Source: an uncultured Gammaproteobacteria bacterium (GTDB lineage: Bacteria; Pseudomonadota; Gammaproteobacteria; UBA4575). Taken from it: a stretch of 64,000 bases of DNA. A program made the translations under genes and the position numbers. Within the stretch, counting starts at the first letter, position 1. Each line of letters starts with the position of its first letter. Shown here in pieces: positions 53,353 to 63,348 of this stretch. Where the stretch lies: NCBI GenBank assembly GCA_951812785.1, contig OX638335.1, positions 135,630 to 199,629 of the forward strand, in the 5' to 3' direction. The notes beneath the pieces were generated by a model. It did not search any database, had not been told where the DNA came from, and worked only from the letters and a program-made list of their open reading frames with translations.

Positions 53353-54168
53353 CTATGCAACACGATTTTCAACTATAGGCATTTCATCCCAAGTTCTCCC
53401 TCTATATTCACGTCCATTCGCTTTTTTAGAACGCTTTTGATTATCTTTGCCCCACGCGCCCCATTGTTTGAAGAAAAAAGCTGTTTTATATTTTAAACAT
53501 TGTCTATGAATTTGATCGATCCATTCTTCTTTTATTGGCCTTGCCTTATATCCACTCTCACCCCCAACAATTGCCCAGTGAATTTTATTAAGATTTACGG
53601 CACTAACTTTATCTATTAGTGGCTCAAAGGAAATAAAACGAATTGCAGCTGGTGTTTTACGTAAACAGTTAATTCTATTCGCAGCATCAGCATTTTCGAC
53701 ACTAGTGCCTAACCATACATTGGGCAGCACCAATTTAATCTTATTTGAGACCAGTTCTTTCATGCGCTCAGGGCGTTTAGTTAGAATCTGGTAGTTATGC
53801 TGCGGTGTTTCTTGCATGACACGCCACACTGATATCACAAACTCATCACTAACTTTCTCATGAAACAGATCACTCATTGAATTCACAAATATTTTGCGAG
53901 GCTTTTTCCACTTATACGGAATCAGTAGTGACGCTTCATCTTCTCTGACAACACCATTCCAAGTGACGTTTCCCCCTTTTTTTTGTGTAAGCCCTTTATA
54001 TTTATTAACCCCCATTGCTTCTAATCTTCGCGCCATCTGCATGGCATAGCAGTGCTTACAACCAGCGCTGGCTAGAGAACAACCTGCTACAGGATTCCAA
54101 GTCGCATCTGTCCATTCAATTTGTGTTTCTGCCATTTTATTCTCAAACGAGCCTACAATTAGACGCAA
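53353..54168 (-). CDS. Three-Cys-motif protein, phage Gp37/Gp68 family (DUF5131)
   Basis: 'WNPVAGCSLASAGCKHCYA' Cys triad near the N-terminus; '...WAIVGGESG...' Gp37/Gp68-like core. Confidence 0.6.
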   Translation of the reverse strand: MRLIVGSFENKMAETQIEWTDATWNPVAGCSLASAGCKHCYAMQMARRLEAMGVNKYKGLTQKKGGNVTWNGVVREDEASLLIPYKWKKPRKIFVNSMSDLFHEKVSDEFVISVWRVMQETPQHNYQILTKRPERMKELVSNKIKLVLPNVWLGTSVENADAANRINCLRKTPAAIRFISFEPLIDKVSAVNLNKIHWAIVGGESGYKARPIKEEWIDQIHRQCLKYKTAFFFKQWGAWGKDNQKRSKKANGREYRGRTWDEMPIVENRVA

Positions 54169-54365
54169 TTATTCCACCATAAAGACAAATTAGATACCCT
54201 ATTTAAAGTGATTTATTAATATTAACAACAGCTTTAAAGTTAGCCCAAATCAATATCTCTTGACCGATTTTTAGGTTTAGCCTTAATTCTCTCCTTGAAT
54301 TCTGCAATTCGTCTATCGCCGATCTTTATCTCTTTATACTGGTCAATATCAGAAGACATTCTTAA

Positions 54366-54479
54366 TTCATTGCTCTTCTTGAATTTCTGCAATCGTTCAT
54401 TGCGAAGATCTCGTCTTTGAGTAGGTGCAGTGCTAGATTCTTAGCACCACCGCGCTGATTGCCCTGCAAAATCATTTAT
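54366..54479 (-). pseudogene. MobA-type (ColE1 MbeA-like) relaxase, N-terminal 37-aa stub
   Basis: 'MILQGNQRGGAKNLALHLLKDE' parallels the MbeA N-terminus 'MIVKFHARGKGGGSGPVDYLLGKD'. It terminates after 37 codons. Confidence 0.35.
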
Positions 54480-54892
54480 CATCACTCACTTTCAAGCCAA
54501 GAGCCATCAGTAAGGTATCTCGCATAATCAATATGGTTTCATGCGCTTCTTGTAGTTGCCGCTCTGCATCTTGGGAGACATCTAATGTTCCCATGTTCAC
54601 TGATTTTGCGAGTTGATTTAGATTTGAAGAAAGTCGGGATTGCCCCAGCGCAGCTAGCAACGTTGCATACTGCTTTTGTTCAATGTGGGGTTTTCTGTGT
54701 ATACGACGCTTTTGTTCCTTATCTTTGAGTAAGCATTCCCTTATACTATGTACCAAGTGGTTTGTTACCCGCCAATTGTTCTAAATAAGCGCGTTCCTCT
54801 TCGGTAAAGCGAAGACAGAAAGGAGCTGCCCGTTTCTTACTCTTATATGTAGAGTTAGATGCTGAGCGAAATGTGGCATAAACCGCGCTCAT
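54472..54892 (-). pseudogene. mobC: MobC-family mobilisation protein, frameshifted
   Basis: N-terminal 'LRFTEEERAYLEQLAGNKPLG' (one frame) and C-terminal 'HSIRECLL...LSSNLNQLAKSVN' (another frame); both are MobC hallmarks. Confidence 0.55.
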
Positions 54893-54959
54893 GGTTGCGG
54901 TTCCTGTGGGTCTTGGAAGAAAGGCACATGGTTCTCAAGATAATCATTAGCAAAATGCG

Positions 54960-55215
54960 CATAACGTAATACCATCTCCATACAGCCTCATCCACCAAGT
55001 TCCATTAATGCTTGTAAACTAGTCCCGTTTTGTATGTGCTAAGAAGCCCAAGTATGTCTAAGATCGTGCCAACAAATCTGTAATGCCAGCACGTTCACAT
55101 GCTTTCTTAAATGCTTTAGTTGGTGTTCTTAAAACAGGTTTTCCTTTATAACAAAAGACATACTCTTCATTTACATTTAAACATTCACTGAGAACATTCA
55201 TTGCCCTCCAATCTT
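54960..55215 (-). pseudogene. Tyrosine recombinase, C-terminal fragment with stops and frameshift
   Basis: 'FKKACERAGITD' / 'HDLRHTWAS' / 'LQALMELGG..VLRYAHF' (box II and C-terminus), spread over two frames with stop codons. Confidence 0.5.
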
Positions 55216-55373
55216 GCTCTCTAATTCAATAAGTACTTACCACATATAAAGCTCTATTTAGATCATTAGACTTATGTCTAATAGATGCGATTTTGGTCAT
55301 ATGTAGGCTATAAACCATATCGATTTGCCATTATTTCTATATACATTGTTGCAATTATGTATGGAGGTATGAA

Positions 55374-55937
55374 ATGAAGGAAAATAAATCGAATATCCCA
55401 GAGTGGGTCAAATGGATTCATCTTGGTTTAGCATTTTTTGGGATTACAGCGTATCTAACCGGTGAACTAGCGGAACATTCAAATAGCTATGGTTATTTGC
55501 TACACGCTTATCTAGGTCTGACTGTCTTATTCTTTATGCTAAGTAGATCCTTGTATGGAATCTGGGGCTCATATGCTTATAGATTTTCAAACTGGTTTCC
55601 CTACAAAAAGTCATATTTGAATACTATAAAAGAGGATCTAAATATCCTTACAAGGTTTAAACTACCTGAACGTCAAGATCATCGTGGGCTAGCGGGCCTG
55701 GTCCAAGCATTTGGGTTAGTGATTTTTAGTTGGATGTCGATTACCGGAACGATTATGTTTGCAATAAACGTATCTGATAATTCAATTATTGCAGAGCTGC
55801 ATGAAGTTGGAGAAGGGTTGATTCCGTTGTTTTTAGCACTTCATTTAGGAGCAGTTGCTTTGTATGTAATTTCTGGCCAAAATTTATTGACTAGAATAAT
55901 GCCTAGTCGTGATAAAGAAAAAGGAAATATTACTTGA
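55374..55937 (+). CDS. Cytochrome b561-like membrane protein
   Basis: Four predicted TM helices with conserved His residues (H-x13-H pattern). Tentative. Confidence 0.45.
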   Translation: MKENKSNIPEWVKWIHLGLAFFGITAYLTGELAEHSNSYGYLLHAYLGLTVLFFMLSRSLYGIWGSYAYRFSNWFPYKKSYLNTIKEDLNILTRFKLPERQDHRGLAGLVQAFGLVIFSWMSITGTIMFAINVSDNSIIAELHEVGEGLIPLFLALHLGAVALYVISGQNLLTRIMPSRDKEKGNIT

Positions 55938-56407
55938 ACTATTTTCAGCAATTAAAAAAATACATTCCAGTTGTTGTGCTGGGATTGGCGAGTATCTTCT
56001 TTTTGTACGATATTATTACGGATATATTAAAGAACGAAGAAAGTTTCCCACATCTAATCATTGAAGGATTCATATTTCTAGCAACTACTATCATTCTTAC
56101 ACAAGAAGTTTTGCGGGTAATACTACTGAGAAAAGATTTGAGACTAGAACAAGGTAAAGTAGTACGGCTCTCAGGAGAGCTTAATAGTGTAATCAAAAAA
56201 GATTTTGAAGAATGGAAACTTACCGAAAGTGAAAAGGAAGTGGCAATTTTATTGATAAAAGGATTATCGATGAATGAAATTGGTGAATTGCGGGGTGTAA
56301 AAGAAAAGTCAGTTCGTCAGCAAGCAACAAGCATCTATGCAAAATCTAAATGCCCAAACAGACACGAATTAGCAGCAAAGTTTATTGAAGATTTGTTGAA
56401 CATTTGA
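55934..56407 (+). CDS. Membrane-anchored LuxR-type HTH regulator
   Basis: Two N-terminal TM segments plus C-terminal 'LTESEKEVAILLIKGLSMNEIGELRGVKEKSVRQQATSIYAKS'. It overlaps the b561-like gene by 4 nt. Confidence 0.6.
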   Translation: MNYFQQLKKYIPVVVLGLASIFFLYDIITDILKNEESFPHLIIEGFIFLATTIILTQEVLRVILLRKDLRLEQGKVVRLSGELNSVIKKDFEEWKLTESEKEVAILLIKGLSMNEIGELRGVKEKSVRQQATSIYAKSKCPNRHELAAKFIEDLLNI

Positions 56408-56636
56408 TGTTGATGAGTTGTTTTAGCCGGGAGCAGAAAATTAATGATTAAGATTGGTGGATGTAACGATGGAAATGAAAAGGAAGCCATACAATATTTA
56501 AATAAGTCTTTATCTGGTAGTATATTTTGGTAGCCGAGAAGAGGACAGGGGATCTTCATCGCTAACCTTGATAGTTAATTATTAATAAGAAATTTGATGC
56601 GTCAATCATACTAAAGTATTGGCTTTATAAAATTCG

Positions 56637-56783
56637 CTAATTTATGTGATTCATAGACATCCTTTCAATGAGCTGGATGACTATGGACAAATGAATCAAA
56701 TAAGGTTGAATGCGGTGGCAAGACAATTAAACGAACGTCCGAGATAAACTTTGGACTTTGAAATGCAGGAAGAACGATTTAAT
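56637..56783 (+). pseudogene. IS30-family transposase, C-terminal fragment with nonsense codon
   Basis: 'ELDDYGQMNQIRLNAVARQLNERPR*TLDFEMQEERFN' is the IS30 C-terminal signature (..LNNRPRKTL.F.TP.E.F). Confidence 0.5.
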
Positions 56784-57932
56784 CTGTAGTAGCTCAGACC
56801 TGATCGTACCGTTACCGGTTATTGATAGGAGTCTGTCAGTTTAGATGTGAGCTAAATTCTTTTCAGCCCAAATCAATTTACCATCCATTAACCTGTCCAT
56901 GGGTATTCTACCACCGCCCATGTTGCCTTGATGAGTGCGTTCATTGTGATCAGTTTCTATCCAGTTGTCTTGATCTTTTGGTCAATCCTCCCTGGTTGAG
57001 TACCGTTTTTTCCTGAAGGTAATTTGATAAAACTCATTCAGAGATGCCATGGGTTTGCGGTGATCAATGTCGTTAATGGCCAGGTATCACGGATCGTCAT
57101 GATGCTCCACGCGCCCACAAGATTCTGTGCCTCTGTCGGTTAAACTACGTAGCATCGGCAAGGCATGCTTTTCAAAAAACGGTAGCACCTCATCAAAGAG
57201 TAGGTCTGCGGCGGTAATCGGCGTCTTAGTCGTGTAGAGTGCCGCAAAGGCGATCTTGCTGTAGGTGTCTACGAACGTTTGCGGGTATAGCCGACCAACA
57301 CCTTTGAGGTGGCCTAAGTCACCAGGATGTGCCGTGTCAATCTCACCACAGGCCTCGTCATCCTGTTTCTCAAGGGCGGCGATCTGTGCATCGCTTAAGA
57401 TAATGCCCTCCTTGGCAATTTCTTCTTCGAGTGCTTTGAGTCGTTTCTTGAAGTGCTCTCGATGATGGCGCAGCCAAACGGAACGCACACCGCTACCAGC
57501 GATCAACACACCTCTCTTACGGAGTTCATTGCTGCTTCGATGTTGCCCAACCGCGGGCTGTTCAATCGCTGACGTAACCCCTGCATGTGCTGTGGGTTCA
57601 TCCACACGGTTTTTAACATCGGCTGTTCTACGACTCTTGTCAATCCGTGAGTCAATGCCACCTTCTTCAACCCGCTGTTGATAACGATAGAATGTGTCTC
57701 GCGACACCCCCATGACTTGACAGGCGCTAGATACGTTGCCCAGTTCTTCTGCTAAGTTAAGCAAGCCCGCCTTGTGTTTAAGGATTGGATTGTTAGTATG
57801 AAGCATGAGAGTTACCTGCCTTTTTGATTTAAAGATTTCAACACCTTTATCAAAACGGGTAACTCTCGCTTTTGCAACCCTTGTGGACTGCTAATTGTCA
57901 GATCGGGTCTGAACTATTACAGTTAATCAATG
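56784..57932 (-). mobile_element. IS481-family insertion sequence, copy 2 (degenerate; internal deletions relative to copy 1)
   Basis: Same ends as copy 1, flanked by 5-bp direct repeat TTAAT. The transposase ORF 57087-57806 (239 aa) lacks segments present in copy 1, and its C-terminus is out of frame. Confidence 0.8.
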
Positions 57933-58310
57933 TGTTGCATCGACCAGTTGAAGTCGCAATTGTGTGTGTTTTGTACTTCTAGCTTTTGTTTGTGACTTTT
58001 CCAATCGCGCAGCTGATTACCGATGTTGCTTTGGTCTTGAGATTGTTTGATCCTTTTTTTCCTGTCTCTGGATAACCTAAGTTAGTGAGTTTTTCACTAA
58101 TAAGATTATGGATCTCACTGTCACTGCTAGATTACTTGTGACAGTGACTATTTTCTTTTTAATATTGACTTGTATGTCTTCAACTCCCTTTATTTCTTTT
58201 AGTTTTTTTGGATAGTATTTTCACATCCGCCGCATCGTATATTTCCAACTTGGAAAGTATGTTTCATTTTTTCGTCTCCTAATCTATTTGGTGTTTTAGG
58301 TGAAAGTTAA

Positions 58311-59624
58311 TCATGAGTTTTGGGTTGATCTAATGGGTGAGCCAAATTCAGGATTAGAACTCACACGTTTTGCGACAGTACCCTCAGGTGCGTGGTACCA
58401 ACCAGGATCACTAAAATCACCTTTTGTTAAATTATCTCGGACTTTCACTGTCGTAAACATTCCACCCATTTCAATATTTCCATAAGGGCCTTTGCCAGTC
58501 ATCATGGCGAGAGTATTTTCTGGTCCAGTATGATGTCCCATGTCAACATGGTCTTGATGTTCAGCCATCCCATAGCGACCCATTGGCATAAAACCGGGGA
58601 GTAGTTGTTGAATTTCTTTATCAAGCGTTGTTTGATCCACACCTAATGTATTGGGAATACCATGACCCATCGCATTCATTGTGTGATGAGACATATGGCA
58701 ATGAAAAGCCCAATCACCTGATTCAGCAATAAACTCAATATCTCGTGTTTGTCCAACACCTACAATTTCAGTTGTTTCAGTGCGCCACACTGATTTTGGC
58801 CAACGGCCACCGTCAGAACCTGTCACAGAAAACTGTACACCATGCATGTGAATGGGATGATTCCACATTGATAAATTACCTATGCGGACACGTACGCGTT
58901 CACCCGTCCGTGCAACAACAGGATCAATTGCTGGGAACACTTTACTGTTAAAAGTCCATAAATCAAAATTTTGTAATACAGAAGGGTCTGGTCGGTAAGT
59001 GCTAGGATGCATGGCCCAATTGTGGGTAATTAAGCAGTAATCACGATCTATTGAAGTTTTTTCGCCATTACGAGGATGAATGATAAACATACCCATCATA
59101 CCTACCGCCATTTGTACCATTTCATCAGCATGTGGATGATACATGTGTGTGCCATGTTGTTTTAACGTAAATTCATATACAAACGTTTCATTAGGTGCAA
59201 TTTGTGGTTGCGTTAAACCACCAACCCCATCCATGCCGCTTGGAAGCAATAATCCGTGCCAATGGATAGTCGTGTGTTCTTTCAATTGATTAGTCACAAA
59301 AATCCGAATGCGGTCACCTTCAACAGCCTCGATAGTTGGGCCAGGTGTTGTTCCATTGTACCCCCAGCATTTGGCAATACTGCCGGGTGCAAATTCATGT
59401 TCAATTTCTTCCGCAACCAAATGAAACTCTTTGACGCTATTATTCATAGTATAAGGCAGTGTCCATCCATTTAATGTTTTTACTGGTGTGTAGTTAGTGG
59501 GTGTCTTATCTGTTTTTTTAATCGTGGTTGATGTTGCTAAAGTTTCAGCAGTAACTTTAGGTGCGAAAGAGGCTGCAAGAGTGCTCGTGCCAGCGACTGT
59601 TAAAAATTCTCTACGTGAAGTCAT
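58311..59624 (-). CDS. Multicopper oxidase (CopA/CueO-like), Tat-secreted
   Basis: Tat signal 'SRREFLTVAGTS', cupredoxin His clusters 'HWHG', 'HPIHMHG', 'HCHMSHH'. Confidence 0.8.
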   Translation of the reverse strand: MTSRREFLTVAGTSTLAASFAPKVTAETLATSTTIKKTDKTPTNYTPVKTLNGWTLPYTMNNSVKEFHLVAEEIEHEFAPGSIAKCWGYNGTTPGPTIEAVEGDRIRIFVTNQLKEHTTIHWHGLLLPSGMDGVGGLTQPQIAPNETFVYEFTLKQHGTHMYHPHADEMVQMAVGMMGMFIIHPRNGEKTSIDRDYCLITHNWAMHPSTYRPDPSVLQNFDLWTFNSKVFPAIDPVVARTGERVRVRIGNLSMWNHPIHMHGVQFSVTGSDGGRWPKSVWRTETTEIVGVGQTRDIEFIAESGDWAFHCHMSHHTMNAMGHGIPNTLGVDQTTLDKEIQQLLPGFMPMGRYGMAEHQDHVDMGHHTGPENTLAMMTGKGPYGNIEMGGMFTTVKVRDNLTKGDFSDPGWYHAPEGTVAKRVSSNPEFGSPIRSTQNS

Positions 59625-59648
59625 GATAAATTCCTTATGTATAATTTG

Positions 59649-61076
59649 TTAATGATGGTTATGCACATTGTTCTGCTCCAACGACACATCATTAATTATG
59701 TTTTGAACGTTGAAAGAGTCTGAGTATTCTGATGAAGGTAGTGACAGTGAGTTGCCCGCTGCGTGCATCAGGTTTGAATAAGCAATCCAGTAATCACGTA
59801 AGGCTTTAATTAAGCCAACATAGCTTTCATATTCTTCCTGTTTAGTGTCGAGTAATTCGAATGTACCAATGAGCATAAAATTTTCTTCTTCTTGTGCTCT
59901 TGCGACGATATTTGATTGTGTGGGGATAAAGTTTTGTTGGTATTCGTTAACAAGTGCTCGTGCGTGATTAGTCATAAGGTAATTCGTATATACCTCATTA
60001 TTAATCTCGTAAGATAGTTGTCGAACGTCGAGGATGGCTGTTTTAAGCTCACTCGATTGACGCAGCTTCTTATCAGTGTGTTGTGTGAAAATAGGGAGTT
60101 CCCACTCAAATACTGGCCCAGTCAATTTAGCGCCATCGGTCTCACGTTCTCGTTCTATACCAATATCAAGATCACCTAAGTATCGAGACCATTTTGTCAT
60201 ACCTAATTGTTTGGCAAGGCGGTCTACCTTTGACATTGATGCAACAAGGTCCAATCTGGATTTCGTCGCCGTCGCATTTAATGACTTGATATCTATTTCT
60301 GTGTTTAGTGGCAATCGAAGATTGGAAGTGATTTGCCATGAAGCATCCATTGGTAAACCGAGAATATTAGCGAGATTTTTGCGCGCACTTAATACGTTCT
60401 CAGTTGCATCAAAAGACTCAAATAATGCATAAGACGCTTTAGCACTTTCTTCAGATAATTCTCGCTGACTCATATTGCCAGCATGATAATAACGCTGGGC
60501 TAGTCGAGAGGATAATGTTGCTGTTTGATACTGATGTGTTTTTAATGCTTGTATTTGAAGTGCTGCCGCATAATTGTAATAACTTCTTTGCACTTGATTG
60601 AGGATGTGTAATACATCAGCAGCAATTGATTGTTTCATCGCTGCAAATTGCGATTCAGCGAATTGTTTGCGGGCAGGCAGTGTAATCAGGTCTGATAATG
60701 AAGTGATAAAACTAAGTGTTATCAGATCCCGCTCACCTGGCTGGTTAGAGTCTAGTTGTGAAAATGAGAAAATTGGATTGCGAATGCGGCCTGCTTCGTA
60801 TACCTCTGCAGCGGCGATGCCCAATGAGGCATATGTTTTGTGAAGCTCAGCGTTATTGATCAGTGCTAACTGTATCGCAGTGCTTATTGATAAGGGTTGA
60901 GATAGCAATGATTGTGTGAGCGACTCTAAAGCATCAGATTTATGTGCAGAGGTGATGACATTTTTTTGCGCGAGCAAGTCTGCGACATCACTCATGCCAT
61001 TATCTTTAGGGATAGAAGTGCATCCCATGACTATAAAAATAAATCCTACTAAGGATAATTTCTTAATTCTATTCAT
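59649..61076 (-). CDS. TolC-like outer-membrane efflux factor (OMF) lipoprotein
   Basis: Lipobox 'VMGCTS', two OEP repeats. It is adjacent to the multicopper oxidase. Confidence 0.75.
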   Translation of the reverse strand: MNRIKKLSLVGFIFIVMGCTSIPKDNGMSDVADLLAQKNVITSAHKSDALESLTQSLLSQPLSISTAIQLALINNAELHKTYASLGIAAAEVYEAGRIRNPIFSFSQLDSNQPGERDLITLSFITSLSDLITLPARKQFAESQFAAMKQSIAADVLHILNQVQRSYYNYAAALQIQALKTHQYQTATLSSRLAQRYYHAGNMSQRELSEESAKASYALFESFDATENVLSARKNLANILGLPMDASWQITSNLRLPLNTEIDIKSLNATATKSRLDLVASMSKVDRLAKQLGMTKWSRYLGDLDIGIERERETDGAKLTGPVFEWELPIFTQHTDKKLRQSSELKTAILDVRQLSYEINNEVYTNYLMTNHARALVNEYQQNFIPTQSNIVARAQEEENFMLIGTFELLDTKQEEYESYVGLIKALRDYWIAYSNLMHAAGNSLSLPSSEYSDSFNVQNIINDVSLEQNNVHNHH

Positions 61077-61174
61077 AATAGTAACCCTATGAATTATTGC
61101 AGCATGAGCAATGAGATCTCATACTAGAGACGAATTCCTAAGCGAACTAGAAACTCAGGCTTTTAAGTAAAGAA

Positions 61175-61552
61175 TTAAGAAAAAGTGATAGGGGGGCGAA
61201 TCAGTGGGGGAGATTGAAATGAATCAAATTGATTGACTTGATCTATGCTTAATTGTGAAGTAGATAAATTAATGGCCGGCTTAGTGTAGATGCTTAGTGC
61301 AAACACGTTGGTGCTAGCACTTAAGCAGCCTACTGTATCCTTACAATCACATGGACAGTCCGCTGGAAGTGATGAATTGCTGGCAACATTAAGGTCATCA
61401 CTGTTATCACAATGGTCGGTAGATGCTAGCTCAATTTGTATTGTGGTTGGCTCGGAGTTGTCTGTACAGTATACATCAATAATATTGGCAATACTCGTTA
61501 CCGGGAGTGCGAGTACTAATAGGATGATAGTCCATGTGCGCCAAATTCTCAT
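61175..61552 (-). CDS. Secreted Cys-rich small protein (CxxxC, 'CPCDC')
   Basis: Signal peptide. 8 Cys in ~100 aa of mature protein. It follows the copper cluster. Confidence 0.35.
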   Translation of the reverse strand: MRIWRTWTIILLVLALPVTSIANIIDVYCTDNSEPTTIQIELASTDHCDNSDDLNVASNSSLPADCPCDCKDTVGCLSASTNVFALSIYTKPAINLSTSQLSIDQVNQFDSFQSPPLIRPPITFS

Positions 61553-62039
61553 AATGTTTAGATTAGCTTATTATTGAAAGTTCAACAACCGGTGTAAAAT
61601 GAGTGGAAGCAACTCCAAAATTTCACTCTGCTAATCATATGGATGATATGAGCGAGTAATCTTAGAGTAACAGCTTAATATGGTCTAGTTTAGAAGTCGC
61701 TGATTATAATCAAAAGAGTAATGGTTTTTTTGGGAGGCACGCTTAAAGCAAGTATGCATGCAATTTCATTATTAGATTGATTATAATAAAGCTATGAAAA
61801 TTATTTGTGTTTGGATTTGCTGAGTAATTCCAGAATACATATTGCGATCATATCAATTTTTTATTAGCGATAAGTATTCTTTGTGCGCCAAATGCCTCCC
61901 TTATAGTTGTATTTTCTACACTGTTTCTATATGCATTATTCCCTATAAACGTGTTCATCAAACAAATATTTGAATGTGAGTAAATACCCTTGACGAATAT
62001 ATTCGTCAGCATATTCAAGTTTAAGTTTATTTAAATCAG

Positions 62040-62397
62040 TGCCTGATGAGATAAAAAATGATAAGAATGTAATACTAATTGTGTCTGATGCGTACGGTGA
62101 AGGTAGCGCAGTTGCTGCTGCGGCTTCTGAGTCTGGTGAGACGGATGTAACTATTAAAAAATTTATTCCTGTAGAGAAGCTACTGAAGTGTTAAAAAAGG
62201 TCCCTGTTGATATCATCACTAGTATTGATGTGTTAGAACATGTATTTGATCCTGTAAACCTCTTAAGGGGAATCAATCACTTTTTGAGCGAAGATGGTTT
62301 GGCCATTATGGTAACGCCCGATAGAAAAACATTTTTTGCGAGTCTGCTAAGGTGGCGATGGTGGCGTTATAGAATCGCTTATATTGGTGGTGTGTAA
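62040..62397 (+). pseudogene. Class I SAM-dependent methyltransferase remnant
   Basis: C-terminal 'DIITSIDVLEHVFDPVNLL...G' (MT type-11 motif) is in ORF 62188-62397. The upstream part is degenerate, with a stop in the motif-I region. Confidence 0.4.
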
Positions 62398-62698
62398 GAA
62401 AACACCATGGTTGTCTCTTATGAAAAATTCTGAACCAGAAAAACTAATTAAAAAACACGAAAAGCTCGTTCATTCAGATATGATGAAAGTCACGTCACAT
62501 GTACAGCGCGAAGCTGGCAAATGGATTGTTAACACCTTGATGGTTGAAGGTTGCGATGTGCCATTCAGATATAAACGACAAGTTCAGTATAAAAGTTTAA
62601 AAGGGCAGTGTGTGAATCTTACTTATTATCCAACGAAAGAATTGATTGCCGGTATAGAAATGGAAATTATGAACGTGGTCAGGATAAAGGTATCTTAA
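62384..62698 (+). CDS. Hypothetical protein (104 aa)
   Basis: ORF only. Confidence 0.25.
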   Translation: MVVCKKTPWLSLMKNSEPEKLIKKHEKLVHSDMMKVTSHVQREAGKWIVNTLMVEGCDVPFRYKRQVQYKSLKGQCVNLTYYPTKELIAGIEMEIMNVVRIKVS

Positions 62699-62790
62699 TA
62701 ATAGATATATAAAGTGGTAAATTACCTGATGGATTCAAAGTAGTATTAACAATTTTAATTGTCCTCAAAGAGTTTATTTAATATAAATCT

Positions 62791-63348
62791 TTACTTACTT
62801 TCATCTCCCTCGCTATATTCTTCTAAAGTAACGTCTTGCATTGAGTAACCAGCAAAGCCTTGCTGACTATCTTTGCTTTCTGTGCTTAATACGCCTTTAG
62901 CCCAAACGGCATAGTCTAGCCATTCTTGATTGAGAGCTAGTTTGGAGACGATATAAACTATTTGGTTGGATGGTGGTGGGGGTGTATGAATGCATGCGCC
63001 AAAGTATGGAACTAATAAGAAATTCTGAAAAGTTTCAGTATCAAAGTCAAAATCAAGTGGGACGATAAAGCCAGCGATTTTGACTAGCTGATTATTCAAA
63101 TTAGGGACAATGGGTGCAGAAGCTAGAGCGGATCTTAGTTCATCATAAGCAATTTGTGCTTCTTCTGTATCATCATCAAAGTTAAAGCTATCAGAAGCAC
63201 TAAAGTTAGTGTTTCCTATGTTATCTAATAACGACTCCATGTAACCTTCAGGCATCATTTCATCCCATTCGAGAATGCGAGCATCACTCGCCAGTGAAAA
63301 ATAACTTGTAGTAACTAAAAAGCAAAAAATATATAAAGTTAGCCTCAT
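62791..63348 (-). CDS. DUF3299-family secreted protein
   Basis: Signal peptide and the conserved 'LVPYFGACIHTPPPP' block. It is typically found with FtsX-like ABC permeases. Confidence 0.6.
   Translation of the reverse strand: MRLTLYIFCFLVTTSYFSLASDARILEWDEMMPEGYMESLLDNIGNTNFSASDSFNFDDDTEEAQIAYDELRSALASAPIVPNLNNQLVKIAGFIVPLDFDFDTETFQNFLLVPYFGACIHTPPPPSNQIVYIVSKLALNQEWLDYAVWAKGVLSTESKDSQQGFAGYSMQDVTLEEYSEGDESK

Larger units (their letters stand above)
44125..56783 (+). mobile_element. AT-rich genomic island at the 3' end of tRNA-Phe (decayed integrative/mobilisable element with defense-like cargo)
   Basis: Begins at the tRNA 3' end. A degenerate copy of the tRNA 3' end lies at 44181-44200. 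Contents: recombinase and mobilisation relics, ShosTA-like and TcmP cassettes. It is bounded on the right by the IS30 relic and IS481 copy 2. Confidence 0.6.

Noticed and set aside
58100-58140. 10-bp inverted repeat 'tcactgtcac...gtgacagtga' as terminator of the multicopper oxidase gene
   Set aside because: There is no adjoining T/A-run on the relevant strand, and it lies ~170 bp from the gene end. Possibly structural, but not supportable as an intrinsic terminator.
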